Shown here in pieces: positions 29,101-38,271 of a stretch of 64,000 nucleotides of DNA. Both the position numbers and the translations under genes were made by a program. The notes under the pieces were generated by a model. That model was not told the DNA's origin and searched no databases. It saw nothing but the letters and a program-made list of their open reading frames with translations. The stretch lies in contig OY761614.1 of assembly GCA_963664825.1 (NCBI GenBank), positions 320,001 to 384,000 on the forward strand, read 5' to 3'. This DNA comes from an uncultured Holophaga sp. (lineage in GTDB: Bacteria; Acidobacteriota; Holophagae; Holophagales; Holophagaceae). Numbering within the stretch: the first letter of the stretch is position 1; each line of letters opens with the position of its first letter.

Positions 29101-29553
29101 GCCCGTCGCAGGATTCACGAAGAAGTGGCCCTGGGCCGGCCCCGAGATCCCGTAGGCGTAGTGCAGGCCCGTATTGAACCACTGGGGGCTATTGGGCGCG
29201 CACATCTGGTTGGCGAGCATGAAGACCAGTTCGTCGTAGAAGGCCTGGGCATCCTCGGCGGAGGCGAAGTAGCCGTGGTTCTCGCCCCAATGCCGCCAGC
29301 AGCCCGCCAGCCGGTGAAAGACCTGGCGGGAATCCTTCTCGCCGCCCCCCGAGGCGTCGATGCCCTTCCGCCGGAAATACTTCTGGGCCAGGATATCCAC
29401 CGCCACCTGGGACCAGCTCTCCGGCACCAGGACATCCTTGGCCTCGAATACCACTGTGCCATCCAGCTTGGTGATGCGGCTCAGGCGGGGCACGAACGGA
29501 ATGCCCTCCAGTGCATCGTGGCCAACCTTGGTGAAGTGGCGAGAGATCTTCAT
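26158..29553 (-). CDS. nrdJ: Vitamin B12-dependent (class II) ribonucleotide reductase with C-terminal TSCPD-like and zinc-ribbon regions
   Basis: [41 protein letters not shown]-terminal CPEC...C..CG.TTGCS. Confidence 0.95.
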   Translation of the reverse strand: MKISRHFTKVGHDALEGIPFVPRLSRITKLDGTVVFEAKDVLVPESWSQVAVDILAQKYFRRKGIDASGGGEKDSRQVFHRLAGCWRHWGENHGYFASAEDAQAFYDELVFMLANQMCAPNSPQWFNTGLHYAYGISGPAQGHFFVNPATGKVEPSTSAYERPQPHACFIQSVSDDLVNPGGIMDLWMREARIFKYGSGTGSNFSRIRGSEEPLSGGGRSSGLMSFLAVGDRAAGAIKSGGTTRRAAKMVTLDLDHPDIEAFIQWKVSEERKVAMMAAGSILLGKHWNAMCEAVEGSTTRDANPIANEKLRKALAHAKKEGVPAAFLAQCLGRLEQGDFARNLKQYDTTWDGEAYATVGGQNSNNSVRVPDSFMRALERDGDWQLTRRVDGKPLKNLRAKDLWAKVNHAAWACADPGVQFDTTINDWHTCPQAGRINGSNPCSEYMFLDDTACNLASLNLCAFLTSDGGFDLVGYRHAIRLWTVVLEISVLMAQFPSEAIAKLSYEYRTLGLGYANLGAMLMRMGIPYDSEAGTQWCAALTAILTGDAYAASAEMAGELGPFPGYEPNRNAMLRVIRNHRRAAYDAPASEYESLSIPPRGLKGTGIPKSLVEASRESWDQALALGEQHGFRNAQVTVLAPTGTIGLLMDCDTTGVEPDFALVKFKKLAGGGYFKLVNGAIPEALMRLGYDPQQILDIERYVVGWLKITGETPGITRQELIGKGFSEEEIKGWEAKLPTAFDPSFVVPVEKLKVAFGEDVAATFLAALAGTMTVEGAPHLKAEHIPIFDCANKCGRKGQRYIAPMGHIRMMGAAQPFLSGAISKTINLPADYTVAQVGEIYEQSWKYMIKAVALYRDGSKMSQPLATNLDLLDGLETLVDDEAPKVDKVQAVAQAMAQQVVRTYRRKLPNRRGGYTQAATVGGTKLYLRTGEYEDGTLGEIFLDIHKEGAAFRAVLNCFAIAVSMGLQHGVPLEEFCDAFLFTRFEPNGMIQGSDTVKFSTSLIDFVFRELAISYLGRFELAQVEPEQLMQLAGGLKRESHAPGISSAGNGGMTPLFPETTTSGPELQPVPAPEPMHVHAHAGAVQPAAAAYRTAREKGYTGDPCPECGHLTLVRNGACLKCQTCGATTGCS

Positions 29554-29695
29554 GGGGGGTGCTCCGAAGGCAACAGAAGAGATGGCACGGGCCGCACCCG
29601 TGCCATGAATTTTTTGAATCCCCAACAACCCTCGGCCTCGGCATCCAAGGCAACAGGGGGGAACCGCAAGCGATTGTGTCGGACTCAAAGGATCA

Positions 29696-29762
29696 CCCCA
29701 AGATGTAGGGGTGTCAAGGGACCCGTACCCTGGTTTTTTATCTAGCACCCAAGACATTGGAA
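29696..29762. promoter_or_regulatory. Pair of NrdR-box-like sites upstream of nrdJ
   Basis: CCCCAAGATGTAGGGG (29696-29711) and ACCCAAGACATTGGAA (29747-29762) fit acaCwAtATaTwGtgt; 51-bp spacing. Confidence 0.62.
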
Positions 29763-29820
29763 ATGCGTGGCTTCTTCACTCTCAGGCCCGCTGGGCCGGG
29801 TTCTGCTAGGCTGATGGCAA

Positions 29821-29911
29821 GCCGGGCCCCATGCATCGGCCCCCGTCGAACCTGGTCAGATCGGAAGAAGCAGCCATAAGACGAAGGGTCGAGTGCCGTG
29901 GTAAGCCCGGC
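29821..29911 (+). ncRNA. ffs: Small bacterial SRP RNA (4.5S)
   Basis: GCCGGGC...GCCCGGC terminal helix; domain IV motif GGTCAGATC-GGAA-GAAGCAGCC; extended -10-like TGcTAGGCT at 29804-29812. Confidence 0.82.
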
Positions 29912-30379
29912 CCTCCTTTTGCGTCGAGCGCCGCAGGTGCGGGACGGACGCTGCTACGCAGCGTTCGTCGGCAAAAGGAATCCCCATAGCCTGCCAAGCC
30001 GCGTAGCGGATTGGCAGATGCAAGAGATCCTCTCTCGAAGACGGCGCCCCTTTGGTCAGGCCGGGCTTACCACCCGATCGAGCTGCGCCGCCATCTATCG
30101 GACGCTTTGCGTCCTCCCACTCGCTGATGCTTGTGGAGATGGAGGGCTTGCCCTCTCGGGTCGCCACTGGCCTACGCGCCAAGAGGAGCCCCGCTCCGCG
30201 GGCTCGAGGCGCCCGCTGCACGACCCGCTAAAGGCGCGCATGTGGTAAGCCCGGCCCTTCGATCGCCCCTACCTTATCCATCCCTCTGCCTGAACCTCTG
30301 TTTCGAGCGGCGCATCTGGAAGGATGCCCTCCCACCCTTGAGTGGGGTTTTCTTTCCTGCCTTTCCCGGGAGCCTATCC

Positions 30380-31000
30380 ATGCGCCGCCTCCTTCCCTCC
30401 CTTTCCCTGCTGACGCTCCTGGCCTGTTCGGCCAAGCCTGAATTCATCTATGAAGCCCGCCCGGACGCCTCCCTGGAGACCTACCGAACGATGGCCTTTG
30501 ATCCTCGGAAAGTGGCCTGGGTATTGGAGGGGCAGCACCCTGTGCGAGCCGAAAACCTGCAACGCCTCGTCCGAGAGGCCCTGGAAACGCGGGGCTTCCG
30601 CCAGGTGGAACCGGAGGCCGCAGATATCTGGGTGGATGTCATCACCATGATGCCCAACCAAGGTGAAGCGTCCCGCGGGCCGGCACCTGAGCAGGGCGAA
30701 GGCGGACCTGGCGGAGCCGGGGGACATGGCGGGGGGCGAGGGGGAGGTGGCAGGCACGGCGCCTCCGGCAGTGGCCCCATCCGACACCCCATGGGCCTGG
30801 AGGGCTTCGACCCCAGTGGGGAGCTGACCTTCACCGTCCAGATCCTCACGCGAACCAATGCGCAGCCCCTGTGGACCGGTACCGTCCACCTGCCAGCCCA
30901 GAAGAAGGGCGAACAGCCCGACCGCCGAGTCTCCATGCAGGGGGTGGTGCGTCAACTCCTGGATCCGCTGCCGCGCAGCCAGGGGGCGGCTGTGCATTAG
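30380..31000 (+). CDS. DUF4136-like lipoprotein
   Basis: Lipobox LLAC; YRT..F, L..RGF, Gly-rich loop, GELTFTV...PLWTG pattern. Confidence 0.7.
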   Translation: MRRLLPSLSLLTLLACSAKPEFIYEARPDASLETYRTMAFDPRKVAWVLEGQHPVRAENLQRLVREALETRGFRQVEPEAADIWVDVITMMPNQGEASRGPAPEQGEGGPGGAGGHGGGRGGGGRHGASGSGPIRHPMGLEGFDPSGELTFTVQILTRTNAQPLWTGTVHLPAQKKGEQPDRRVSMQGVVRQLLDPLPRSQGAAVH

Positions 31001-31024
31001 ACCATCACGGATGGGCCCCAGGCA

Positions 31025-31459
31025 TCATTTCCGTTTTTTAGCCTCGCCCCTCACCACCAGCACATCACAAGGGGCGTGTTTCACCACCCGGGCGGCCGTG
31101 GAACCAAAGAGCAGGCGCTCCAGGCCCGAATGTCCCACCTGGGCCACCACGAGCAGGCATTCCGGCGTGGCCTCGCCCACCAGTTCCTCGGCGGGACTGC
31201 CCCACTTCACGATCGCCTGGGCGCCGGGGATCTCCTGGATCAGGACTTCCAGTTCTTCCCGGGCATGGTCCTCCATGGCCTTGAGCCATGTGGGATCCGG
31301 CAAGGCGATCTGCGCCTCGGGCAGCATGGGCGCCGGAGGTTGAAGCACGTGCATGGCCACCAGGGGCACGTCTATACGTGCCGCCCAGGCTGCACCCCGT
31401 TCCAGAGCCAACCTAGAGGATTCCGAGAAATCGACACCGACGAGGATGCGCTGGATCAT
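31025..31459 (-). CDS. Universal stress protein (UspA family)
   Basis: ILVGVDFSESS, GSPAEE, LLFGSTAARVVKHAPCDVLVV. Confidence 0.93.
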   Translation of the reverse strand: MIQRILVGVDFSESSRLALERGAAWAARIDVPLVAMHVLQPPAPMLPEAQIALPDPTWLKAMEDHAREELEVLIQEIPGAQAIVKWGSPAEELVGEATPECLLVVAQVGHSGLERLLFGSTAARVVKHAPCDVLVVRGEAKKRK

Positions 31460-31542
31460 GGCTTCGCTCCGGAAGAGGGTTAGTACTAGCATAGGTCGAG
31501 ACGCCTGAATGGCGAGGGAAGGGATAGCAGGTTCCTGTCATG

Positions 31543-31566
31543 GATTGGATGTTCAAACATCCAATC
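31543..31566. promoter_or_regulatory. Perfect 11-2-11 palindrome, putative operator between the divergent usp and pirin genes
   Basis: GATTGGATGTT-CA-AACATCCAATC. Confidence 0.65.
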
Positions 31567-31603
31567 TCTAAACGGGCGCTTCCAAGGGCCCGCAGGAGTT
31601 CCT

Positions 31604-32302
31604 ATGATCCGCATCCGGCCCTCCGCAGAGCGCGGCCATTTCGATTTTGGATGGCTCAACACGCGCCACACTTTCGCCTTCGGGGATTACCGCGATCCCG
31701 AGCACACGCAGTTCCGCGCCCTGCGGGTCCTCAACGAGGACCGCATCGCCCCTAGCCAGGGCTTCGGCACCCATCCCCACCAGGACATGGAGATCCTCAC
31801 CTGGGTGTTGGAGGGCGCCCTGGAACACAAGGACAGCCAAGGCGGCGGCGGCACGATCCGCCCCGGCGAGCTGCAGCGTATGAGCGCGGGCACAGGCATC
31901 CTCCACAGTGAATTCAACGCCTCGGCCACGGACCCCGTCCATCTGCTCCAGATCTGGATCCTGCCTGAAGCCCAGAACCTGGCGCCCCGCTACGGCCAGA
32001 CCGCATTCCCCCAAGAGGGCCGCCGGAACCGCTTCCAGCTCCTGGCCAGTCGCTCCGGTCGGGAAGGCAGCCTGGATATCCACCAGGACGCCGAGCTGCA
32101 CGTAGCCGACCTGGAGGCCGGGAAGGCGCTGGAATACCTGCTGGCACCTGCCCGCAGCGCCTGGATCCAGGTGGCCCGGGGAGGCATCACCCTGAACGGC
32201 CTGAGTCTGGGAGCCGGGGATGGCGCGGCCATTTCCCAGGAAACATCCTTGGACATCGCAGCCGCGGAAGCCTCCCAGCTGCTCCTCTTCGATCTGGCCT
32301 GA
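31604..32302 (+). CDS. Pirin-family protein (YhhW-like)
   Basis: HTFAFGDY, LRVLNED, GFGTHPHQDMEI, MSAGTGILHSE, LLQIWI. Confidence 0.95.
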   Translation: MIRIRPSAERGHFDFGWLNTRHTFAFGDYRDPEHTQFRALRVLNEDRIAPSQGFGTHPHQDMEILTWVLEGALEHKDSQGGGGTIRPGELQRMSAGTGILHSEFNASATDPVHLLQIWILPEAQNLAPRYGQTAFPQEGRRNRFQLLASRSGREGSLDIHQDAELHVADLEAGKALEYLLAPARSAWIQVARGGITLNGLSLGAGDGAAISQETSLDIAAAEASQLLLFDLA

Positions 32303-32303
32303 C

Positions 32304-33080
32304 ATGAGATCTCCCGTCCTCTTCGTCTCCCACGGTTCTCCCGAACTGGCCCTGGCCACGGAACACCCCTGGGCCCGCGCCCTGGCAGGCCTTGGCGAAA
32401 ACCTCCAGGCCAGGGCCATCCTGGCCATCTCCGCCCACTGGGGAGCGCCCCAGCTGCGGATCACAACCGCAGCCCATCCCGGTGTCCTCCATGACTTTTC
32501 GGGATTCCCCAAGGCGCTTCACGCCCTGGACTACCCGGCCCCCGGGGACCCTGCCCTCGCGGCAGCTGTGGCATCGCGCCTTGAAACCCAGGGCTTCAGC
32601 ACCACCCTGGATCCCCACCGCCCCTTCGATCACGGCGTCTGGGCCGTGCTGCGCCATCTGCGGCCCGCCGCCGATCTCCCGGTGCTCCAGCTCTCCCTGC
32701 CCCCGTGGGAACCCTCCCGGCTTCTGGAATTGGGCCGGGCCCTGGCCCCCCTTCGGCGGGAAGGCATCGCGCTCCTCGCCAGCGGCGGATTGGTGCACAA
32801 CCTGGGGCGCCTGGACTGGGATGAACGCGGCGCCGCAGCCCTGCCCTGGGCGGCGGAGGCGGAGGCCTGGGCGCTGGAGGCGATTCGGAAGGGCGACCTG
32901 GAAGCCCTCGCCGCCCACCGCACCCGCTGGCCCCACAGCCGCGACGCCGCCCCCACCACCGAGCACCTGGATCCCCTCTTCCTGGCCCTGGGCGCCACGG
33001 AAGAGGAAACTCCCAGGGAATTCTTCACTGGTTTCCAGCTCGGCAGCCTCAGCCTCACGAGCCTTGCCTGGGGCGCGTGA
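32304..33080 (+). CDS. DODA/YgiD-type extradiol dioxygenase (LigB family)
   Basis: FVSHGSP, ISAHW, HDFSGFP, DHGVW, SGGLVHNL, PTTEHL. Confidence 0.92.
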   Translation: MRSPVLFVSHGSPELALATEHPWARALAGLGENLQARAILAISAHWGAPQLRITTAAHPGVLHDFSGFPKALHALDYPAPGDPALAAAVASRLETQGFSTTLDPHRPFDHGVWAVLRHLRPAADLPVLQLSLPPWEPSRLLELGRALAPLRREGIALLASGGLVHNLGRLDWDERGAAALPWAAEAEAWALEAIRKGDLEALAAHRTRWPHSRDAAPTTEHLDPLFLALGATEEETPREFFTGFQLGSLSLTSLAWGA

Positions 33081-33277
33081 TCGTGTCCCGGGCCGCCCAG
33101 CGAAGCCCGAACCAGCAGATCCGAATTCCCACACCTTTCCTTTCTGGCAGCGTTCATCAGTGATCAAAGCCCAAAAGCGAAGGATCGCTGCTCAGCCTGA
33201 TGCGGGAGAGCTGAGCCTGGAATAGGCTTCAAACGAGGCCCGGATCCGTTTTATCCCCTGCATCCCGGCTCAAAATT

Positions 33278-34684
33278 TCACTCGGGATCTGCCATCGGCC
33301 TCGCCACGAGCCTCCGTTCCAGGCTGAAGTGGCCGTTGGCCAGTTTGCCCAGGGCCCGGGCCAGGGCCTCCCGGCTGCACGCGAGCGCCTCGCACCAGGC
33401 ATCCACGGGAACTTCGCCACCACTGGGGTGTTCGTCGATCCAGGCCTTCCAGAGCTCCCCCAGGGCCGCCAGATCGGGTTCCTGGCGATCCTGCCAGTTC
33501 CGTTCCTGGGGCCTGATGGGTTCGAAGAAGCGGGTGCCCCGCAGCTTCTCCGGCAGGAATTCCTGCTTCCGATCGTAGTCCTGGTGGCTGTAGAAGTAGC
33601 CCTTGCCCCGGCCCGCGCCGCGGCTCACGGCCGTGTGGGCGTCCCTCAAGGATTCGGGCACGGGATAATCCTCGGCAGCCAGAGCTGCGTCGATGGCCGC
33701 GATGGTGGCATTGCTCTTGGGCGCATTGGCCACATAGATCACGGCCTGGGCCAAAGGGATGCGGGCCTCGGGCCAGCCGATGCGCTCCACGGCGCGACTG
33801 GCGGTCTCGGCCAGGACGAAGGCCTGGGGATCGGCGTTGCCCACATCCTCGGCGGCACAGACCATGAGGCGCCGGGCGATGAAGCGGGGATCCTCGCCCC
33901 CGCGGATCATGCGGCTGAAGTAGTAGAGGGCCGCGTCCGCATCCGAGCCCCGCAGGCTCTTCTGGAAGGCCGAAGCCAAATCATAGTGGCCGTCGGCCCG
34001 GTCGTACATCATGCGCCCGCCTAGGGCCTCCTGGAGCACGGCCAGTTTGCGTTCGCCAGCTTCCAGATTCAGCCAGGTCTCCAGGCCCGTGAGCGCCGAG
34101 CGCAGATCGCCCCCGGCCCAGCGGCTGAGCCATTCCAACGCCTCCTGGGGTTCCGGTTCAGGGCACTCCCGGGCCCAGGCCCGGCGCAGGATGACGAGGA
34201 TTTCCTCGGGAGCGATGAGTTCGAGCGCCAGCAGCTGGCAGCGGCTGCGCAGGGCCGGATTCAGGTAGAAGGCCGGGTTCTCCGTGGTGGCCCCCACCAG
34301 GATGGCTTCGCCTCGCTCCAGGTAGGGCAGCAGGATGTCCTGTTGGGAGCGGTTGTAGCGGTGGATCTCGTCCAGGAAGACCACGGGCGCCGCGGCGCGG
34401 AAGAGGGGCATGTCCTTGGAATCAGAGAGGAATTTCTTGAGCTCGGCGGCGCTGCCTGTGGCCCCTGAAAATTCCAGGAAGGGGTGACCCGTGGCCTGGG
34501 CCAGGATGCGGGCCAGAGTGGTCTTACCCGTGCCCGGCGGGCCCCAGAAGACCAGGGAAGGCAGGCGCCCCCCGGCCAGCAGCTTGCGCAGCACGCCGGA
34601 CTTCCCCAGCAGGCGCGGCTGGCCCACCACCTCGTCGAGGCTCTGGGGGCGCATCCTTTCGGCAAGCGGGATATGGGATGACAT
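33278..34684 (-). CDS. rarA: Replication-associated recombination protein A (MgsA AAA+ ATPase)
   Basis: PLAERMRP, WGPPGTGKTT, LDEIHR, GATTENP, KSLRGSD, EDVGNADP. Confidence 0.95.
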   Translation of the reverse strand: MSSHIPLAERMRPQSLDEVVGQPRLLGKSGVLRKLLAGGRLPSLVFWGPPGTGKTTLARILAQATGHPFLEFSGATGSAAELKKFLSDSKDMPLFRAAAPVVFLDEIHRYNRSQQDILLPYLERGEAILVGATTENPAFYLNPALRSRCQLLALELIAPEEILVILRRAWARECPEPEPQEALEWLSRWAGGDLRSALTGLETWLNLEAGERKLAVLQEALGGRMMYDRADGHYDLASAFQKSLRGSDADAALYYFSRMIRGGEDPRFIARRLMVCAAEDVGNADPQAFVLAETASRAVERIGWPEARIPLAQAVIYVANAPKSNATIAAIDAALAAEDYPVPESLRDAHTAVSRGAGRGKGYFYSHQDYDRKQEFLPEKLRGTRFFEPIRPQERNWQDRQEPDLAALGELWKAWIDEHPSGGEVPVDAWCEALACSREALARALGKLANGHFSLERRLVARPMADPE

Positions 34685-34834
34685 TCAATAGACTCCGGCC
34701 CTTCCAGCCTACTCTGCCCTATGGGCGCATGCGCCTCCTGCCAATGGGATGTAGGAAGACATTCCGGACTCAGGGAGAAGGGCTGGAAGCAAGATGGCCT
34801 TCCCCGAAAGCGCCGCTGAGGGGACCATGGAGCC

Positions 34835-36544
34835 ATGACATGGCCTTCCCTTGAAACCTGCGATCGCCTCCGGCACTGGTTCCGTGAGAACCGTGTGCCC
34901 CTGCTCTTCCTGCTCCTGCTGCTGGCCATGGTGCCCATGCGGGATCTCTGGTCTCCGGATGAACCCGACTTCGCCCAGTGCGTGCGCGAGATGCGGGAGC
35001 GGGGCACCTGGATGCTGCCCTACCTCAACGGCCAGCCCTACAACGAGAAGCCGATCCTCTTCTACTGGCTGATGAAGGGCTGCGCCCTCGCGGGGGAACG
35101 GCTCACGGGAGGGTTCGGGTTCACCCACGGCATCGCCGCCTGGGCCCTGCGCCTGCCCTCCATCCTCGCCGCCGGGGCCTTCGTGTTCGCCTTCCGGGCC
35201 TGGGCCGCACGCTTCTGGAAAAAGGGGGCCACGGAAAGCGCCGTGATGGTGCTGGCCGCCACGCCCATCTGGATCTGGCAGGCCCAGTTCATCCAGATCG
35301 ATATGCTCTTCGCCGCGCTGGTGGCCTGGAGCTGGCTGGCCTGGCTGGGAGGCTATCTTCTCCTTCGGGGGGAGGTCGAGGGGAAGAGTCCTAGCGAAGG
35401 GGGACGCTGGTTCCTCATGGCCTATGTCTGCCTGGCCCTGGCCTTCCTGGCCAAGGGGCCCCTGGCCCTCGTGCTCTCCACCGCCCTGCTGCTGGCCTTC
35501 CTGGCCTGGCAGAGGGACTTCAAGGCCCTGACTCAGATGCGCCTGGGATGGGGACTCCTGCTGATCCTGGCCCTCGTGTCCCCCTGGTACGCGGCGGCGG
35601 GCATCCAGGGCGGACCCGCCTACGCCTACCAGATGATCGTCCACCAGAATCTCGAACGGGCCCTGAAGGCCTGGGACCACATCCAGCCCTGGTGGCGCTA
35701 CGGCGAATACATGGCCGGGGACTTCTTCCCCTGGACCCTGCTGCTGCCCTCCCTGGTCCTCTTCCTGAGGCGGGACGAGGCCCATCGACGGCCCGTGAAC
35801 CGCTTTCTCATGCTGGCCGTGGTCGTCCCCCTTGTGCTGTTCTCCTGTGCCCAGAGCAAGCAGGGCAAGTACATCCTCATGGTCTATCCCTTCCTCGCCC
35901 TGCTGATGGCCGGCATGGCGCGGGATTTGGCGGAGACCGAGCCTTCCCGCCGAGCCCGGCGCCTGGGTTCCCTGATTGCCGGGGCCCTGGGCCTGCCCGC
36001 CCTTGGCCTCGTGGCCGTCACCTTTCTGAATGCGGGAGGCCATCGGCTCCAGGCCCAGATGGCGCCCTACCTGGGGCCCGCCCGGCTGGGGGCCCTCCTG
36101 CTGCTAGCGGGGGCCTTGGTCCTGGCCCTCGGCGCCTGGCGGAGGACCGCCCACCATCTGGTCCGGAATAGCGCGATGACCCTCGGCCTGGTCTTCCTGG
36201 TGGCGGGCACCTGGGGCTTCCATCGCCTGGATCCCCACAAGGGATACCGGAATTGGACAGCGGCTGTGCGCCCGCTCATCCAGGGCCGCCAGGTCCACTA
36301 CTGGCAGACCATCCGCAGCGGCGCCATGGTCTACACCGATCAGCAGATGCCCGAACTGCGGACGGCGGAGGAACTGGACGCCCTGGCTCCGGGGGCACTC
36401 CTGGTGGCCTCGGGCCGGGACTGGCCCTCCCCGGAAGGCGGCCTGACGGAGGCCCACCGCGCCCGCTTCGAAGTCCTCCTGCGGATGCCCGTGGGGGGTG
36501 GCGAGTTCATGCTCTTGAAAAAGACGGAGACGTGTCTGCGATGA
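34835..36544 (+). CDS. ArnT-like GT-C (family 39/83) membrane glycosyltransferase
   Basis: WSPDEP.F...REM, EKPILFYW, RLPS, LAKGP, SKQGKYIL; many TM helices. Confidence 0.88.
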   Translation: MTWPSLETCDRLRHWFRENRVPLLFLLLLLAMVPMRDLWSPDEPDFAQCVREMRERGTWMLPYLNGQPYNEKPILFYWLMKGCALAGERLTGGFGFTHGIAAWALRLPSILAAGAFVFAFRAWAARFWKKGATESAVMVLAATPIWIWQAQFIQIDMLFAALVAWSWLAWLGGYLLLRGEVEGKSPSEGGRWFLMAYVCLALAFLAKGPLALVLSTALLLAFLAWQRDFKALTQMRLGWGLLLILALVSPWYAAAGIQGGPAYAYQMIVHQNLERALKAWDHIQPWWRYGEYMAGDFFPWTLLLPSLVLFLRRDEAHRRPVNRFLMLAVVVPLVLFSCAQSKQGKYILMVYPFLALLMAGMARDLAETEPSRRARRLGSLIAGALGLPALGLVAVTFLNAGGHRLQAQMAPYLGPARLGALLLLAGALVLALGAWRRTAHHLVRNSAMTLGLVFLVAGTWGFHRLDPHKGYRNWTAAVRPLIQGRQVHYWQTIRSGAMVYTDQQMPELRTAEELDALAPGALLVASGRDWPSPEGGLTEAHRARFEVLLRMPVGGGEFMLLKKTETCLR

Positions 36545-36948
36545 ATCCCTACCTGAAGTCCCTGCCCCTCATCCTGGCCGGCGTGCTCCTCAACGCCTTC
36601 GCCCAGATCGCCATCAAGAAGGCGGTGAGCGCCGCAGGCATCCAATGGACCCCGCCCGCACTGCTGCACCTCTTCCTCCACCCCTGGATGCTCACCTGCC
36701 TGGGCTGCTACGCCGTCAGCGTGGTCCTATGGGCTGGCGTGGCGCACATGGTGGACATGAACTACGCCTACCCCTTCCTGGCCTTAGGTTTCCTGGCCGT
36801 TGCGCTGATGTCCCGGGCCTTCCTGGCGGAGCGGATCCCGCCCCTGCGCTGGGTGGCTCTCGCCATCATCATCCTGGGAGTGGGACTCCAGGCCTTCACC
36901 GCCCCCAGCCACACCCCTCCGCCCCATCCGGAGCCAACCACGAAATAG
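36541..36948 (+). CDS. ArnE/ArnF-like SMR/EamA small membrane protein
   Basis: LLNAFAQIAIK, YAYPFLALG, FLAERI; ATGA overlap with the ArnT-like gene. Confidence 0.82.
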   Translation: MNPYLKSLPLILAGVLLNAFAQIAIKKAVSAAGIQWTPPALLHLFLHPWMLTCLGCYAVSVVLWAGVAHMVDMNYAYPFLALGFLAVALMSRAFLAERIPPLRWVALAIIILGVGLQAFTAPSHTPPPHPEPTTK

Positions 36949-37000
36949 GCGGCCACGGAAGGGATGTTGTACCCGGCCGACGGGGATAGAATCCATTGCG

Positions 37001-38119
37001 ATGCCATCTTCATCCAAGTTCCGAGCCCTGCCCATCGACTGGCCGCTCCCCGGCCAGGATCCGAAGGATGTGCGCATCCTGGTGCTGGATGACCAGGAGA
37101 TCATCCGCGTCCAGCTCAAGCGCATCCTGAAGAAGAACGGATTCACGACCCTGGAGGCCTCGGACGCCCACGCCGCCCTGGAGATCCTCAACCGGGAGCC
37201 CGTGGATCTCCTCCTCAGCGATATCCGCATGCCCGGAATGACGGGGCTGGATCTGGTGCACGCCCTGGCCCACCGCATGCCGGATATCGCCGTGGTCATG
37301 GTGAGCGGCATGGACAACCTGGAGATGGCCATGGAGTGCCTGCAATTCGGCGCCTACGGCTACGTGCTGAAGCCCTTCAAGACCAGCGGCATCCTCATCG
37401 CCGTGGCCAATGCCCTGAGGCGCCGCATGCTGGAGCTGGAACACAGGGATCGGGAGGAGATTCTCGCCCGCAAAGTGCGGGAACAGACCGAGGAGATCCG
37501 CGCCAGCCGGGAGGAAATCTCGTACCGGCTCCTCTCCGCCAGTGAGCACCGGGATAACGAGACCGGCGCCCACGTGCGGCGCATCGGTCTCTTCGCCGCC
37601 CAGATGACCCGCCTCCTGGGTTGGGACACCGAGGGCGTGGATTGCATCCTGGCCGCCGCGCCCATGCACGATATCGGCAAGATCGGTGTGCCCGACCGCA
37701 TCCTCCAGAAGGGCGGGCCCCTCACGGACGAGGAGTGGATCCTCATGAAGACCCACACCACCATGGGCGCCAATATCCTGCGGGATTCATCCGTGCCCTT
37801 CATTCAGATGGGGGCCCGCATCGCCGCCAGCCATCACGAGCGCTTCGATGGCACGGGCTACCCCATGGGTCTCAAGGGCACCCAGATCCCCCTCGAGGGT
37901 CGACTCATCAGCCTGGTGGATGTGTATGACGCCCTCTGCAGCAAGCGGGTCTACAAGCCGGCTTGGACCGAGGAGGAGACTCTCGGCTACCTCCAGGAAC
38001 AGGGGGGCAAGCACTTCGATCCGGAGATCCTGGGCCTCTTCCTGGGCCACTACGATCTGTTCCACCAGATCTTCCGCGATCATCCGGATCAGTACGCCCC
38101 CCAGGAACTGGCCCGGTAG
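37001..38119 (+). CDS. REC + HD-GYP response regulator (RpfG-like c-di-GMP phosphodiesterase)
   Basis: LVLDD, LSDIRMPGMTG, KPF; ETGAHVRR, MHDIGKIG, HHERFDGTGYP. Confidence 0.95.
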   Translation: MPSSSKFRALPIDWPLPGQDPKDVRILVLDDQEIIRVQLKRILKKNGFTTLEASDAHAALEILNREPVDLLLSDIRMPGMTGLDLVHALAHRMPDIAVVMVSGMDNLEMAMECLQFGAYGYVLKPFKTSGILIAVANALRRRMLELEHRDREEILARKVREQTEEIRASREEISYRLLSASEHRDNETGAHVRRIGLFAAQMTRLLGWDTEGVDCILAAAPMHDIGKIGVPDRILQKGGPLTDEEWILMKTHTTMGANILRDSSVPFIQMGARIAASHHERFDGTGYPMGLKGTQIPLEGRLISLVDVYDALCSKRVYKPAWTEEETLGYLQEQGGKHFDPEILGLFLGHYDLFHQIFRDHPDQYAPQELAR

Positions 38120-38271
38120 TCTGCGTTTCCTCCGGGAGATGTGACCTCCCTCACGGGCCCGAAGCCCGCCGTTACAGGAAAATAGCCATGGATTTAAGGG
38201 GTTCCGAGCCTAAAAGCCGCCCCTCCATCTCGTAATCACAGCGTTCTCGCCAGCTGGCCGTGGAGGTTTGC

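Noticed and set aside
26158..29553. Intein in nrdJ (dnaB also checked)
   Set aside because: No C...HN-C/S/T splice junctions or LAGLIDADG motifs seen, and lengths fit intein-free proteins
29554..29760. Cobalamin riboswitch ahead of nrdJ
   Set aside because: No B12-box or GGGAA core motifs seen; only a simple hairpin (29582-29606) and NrdR-like boxes
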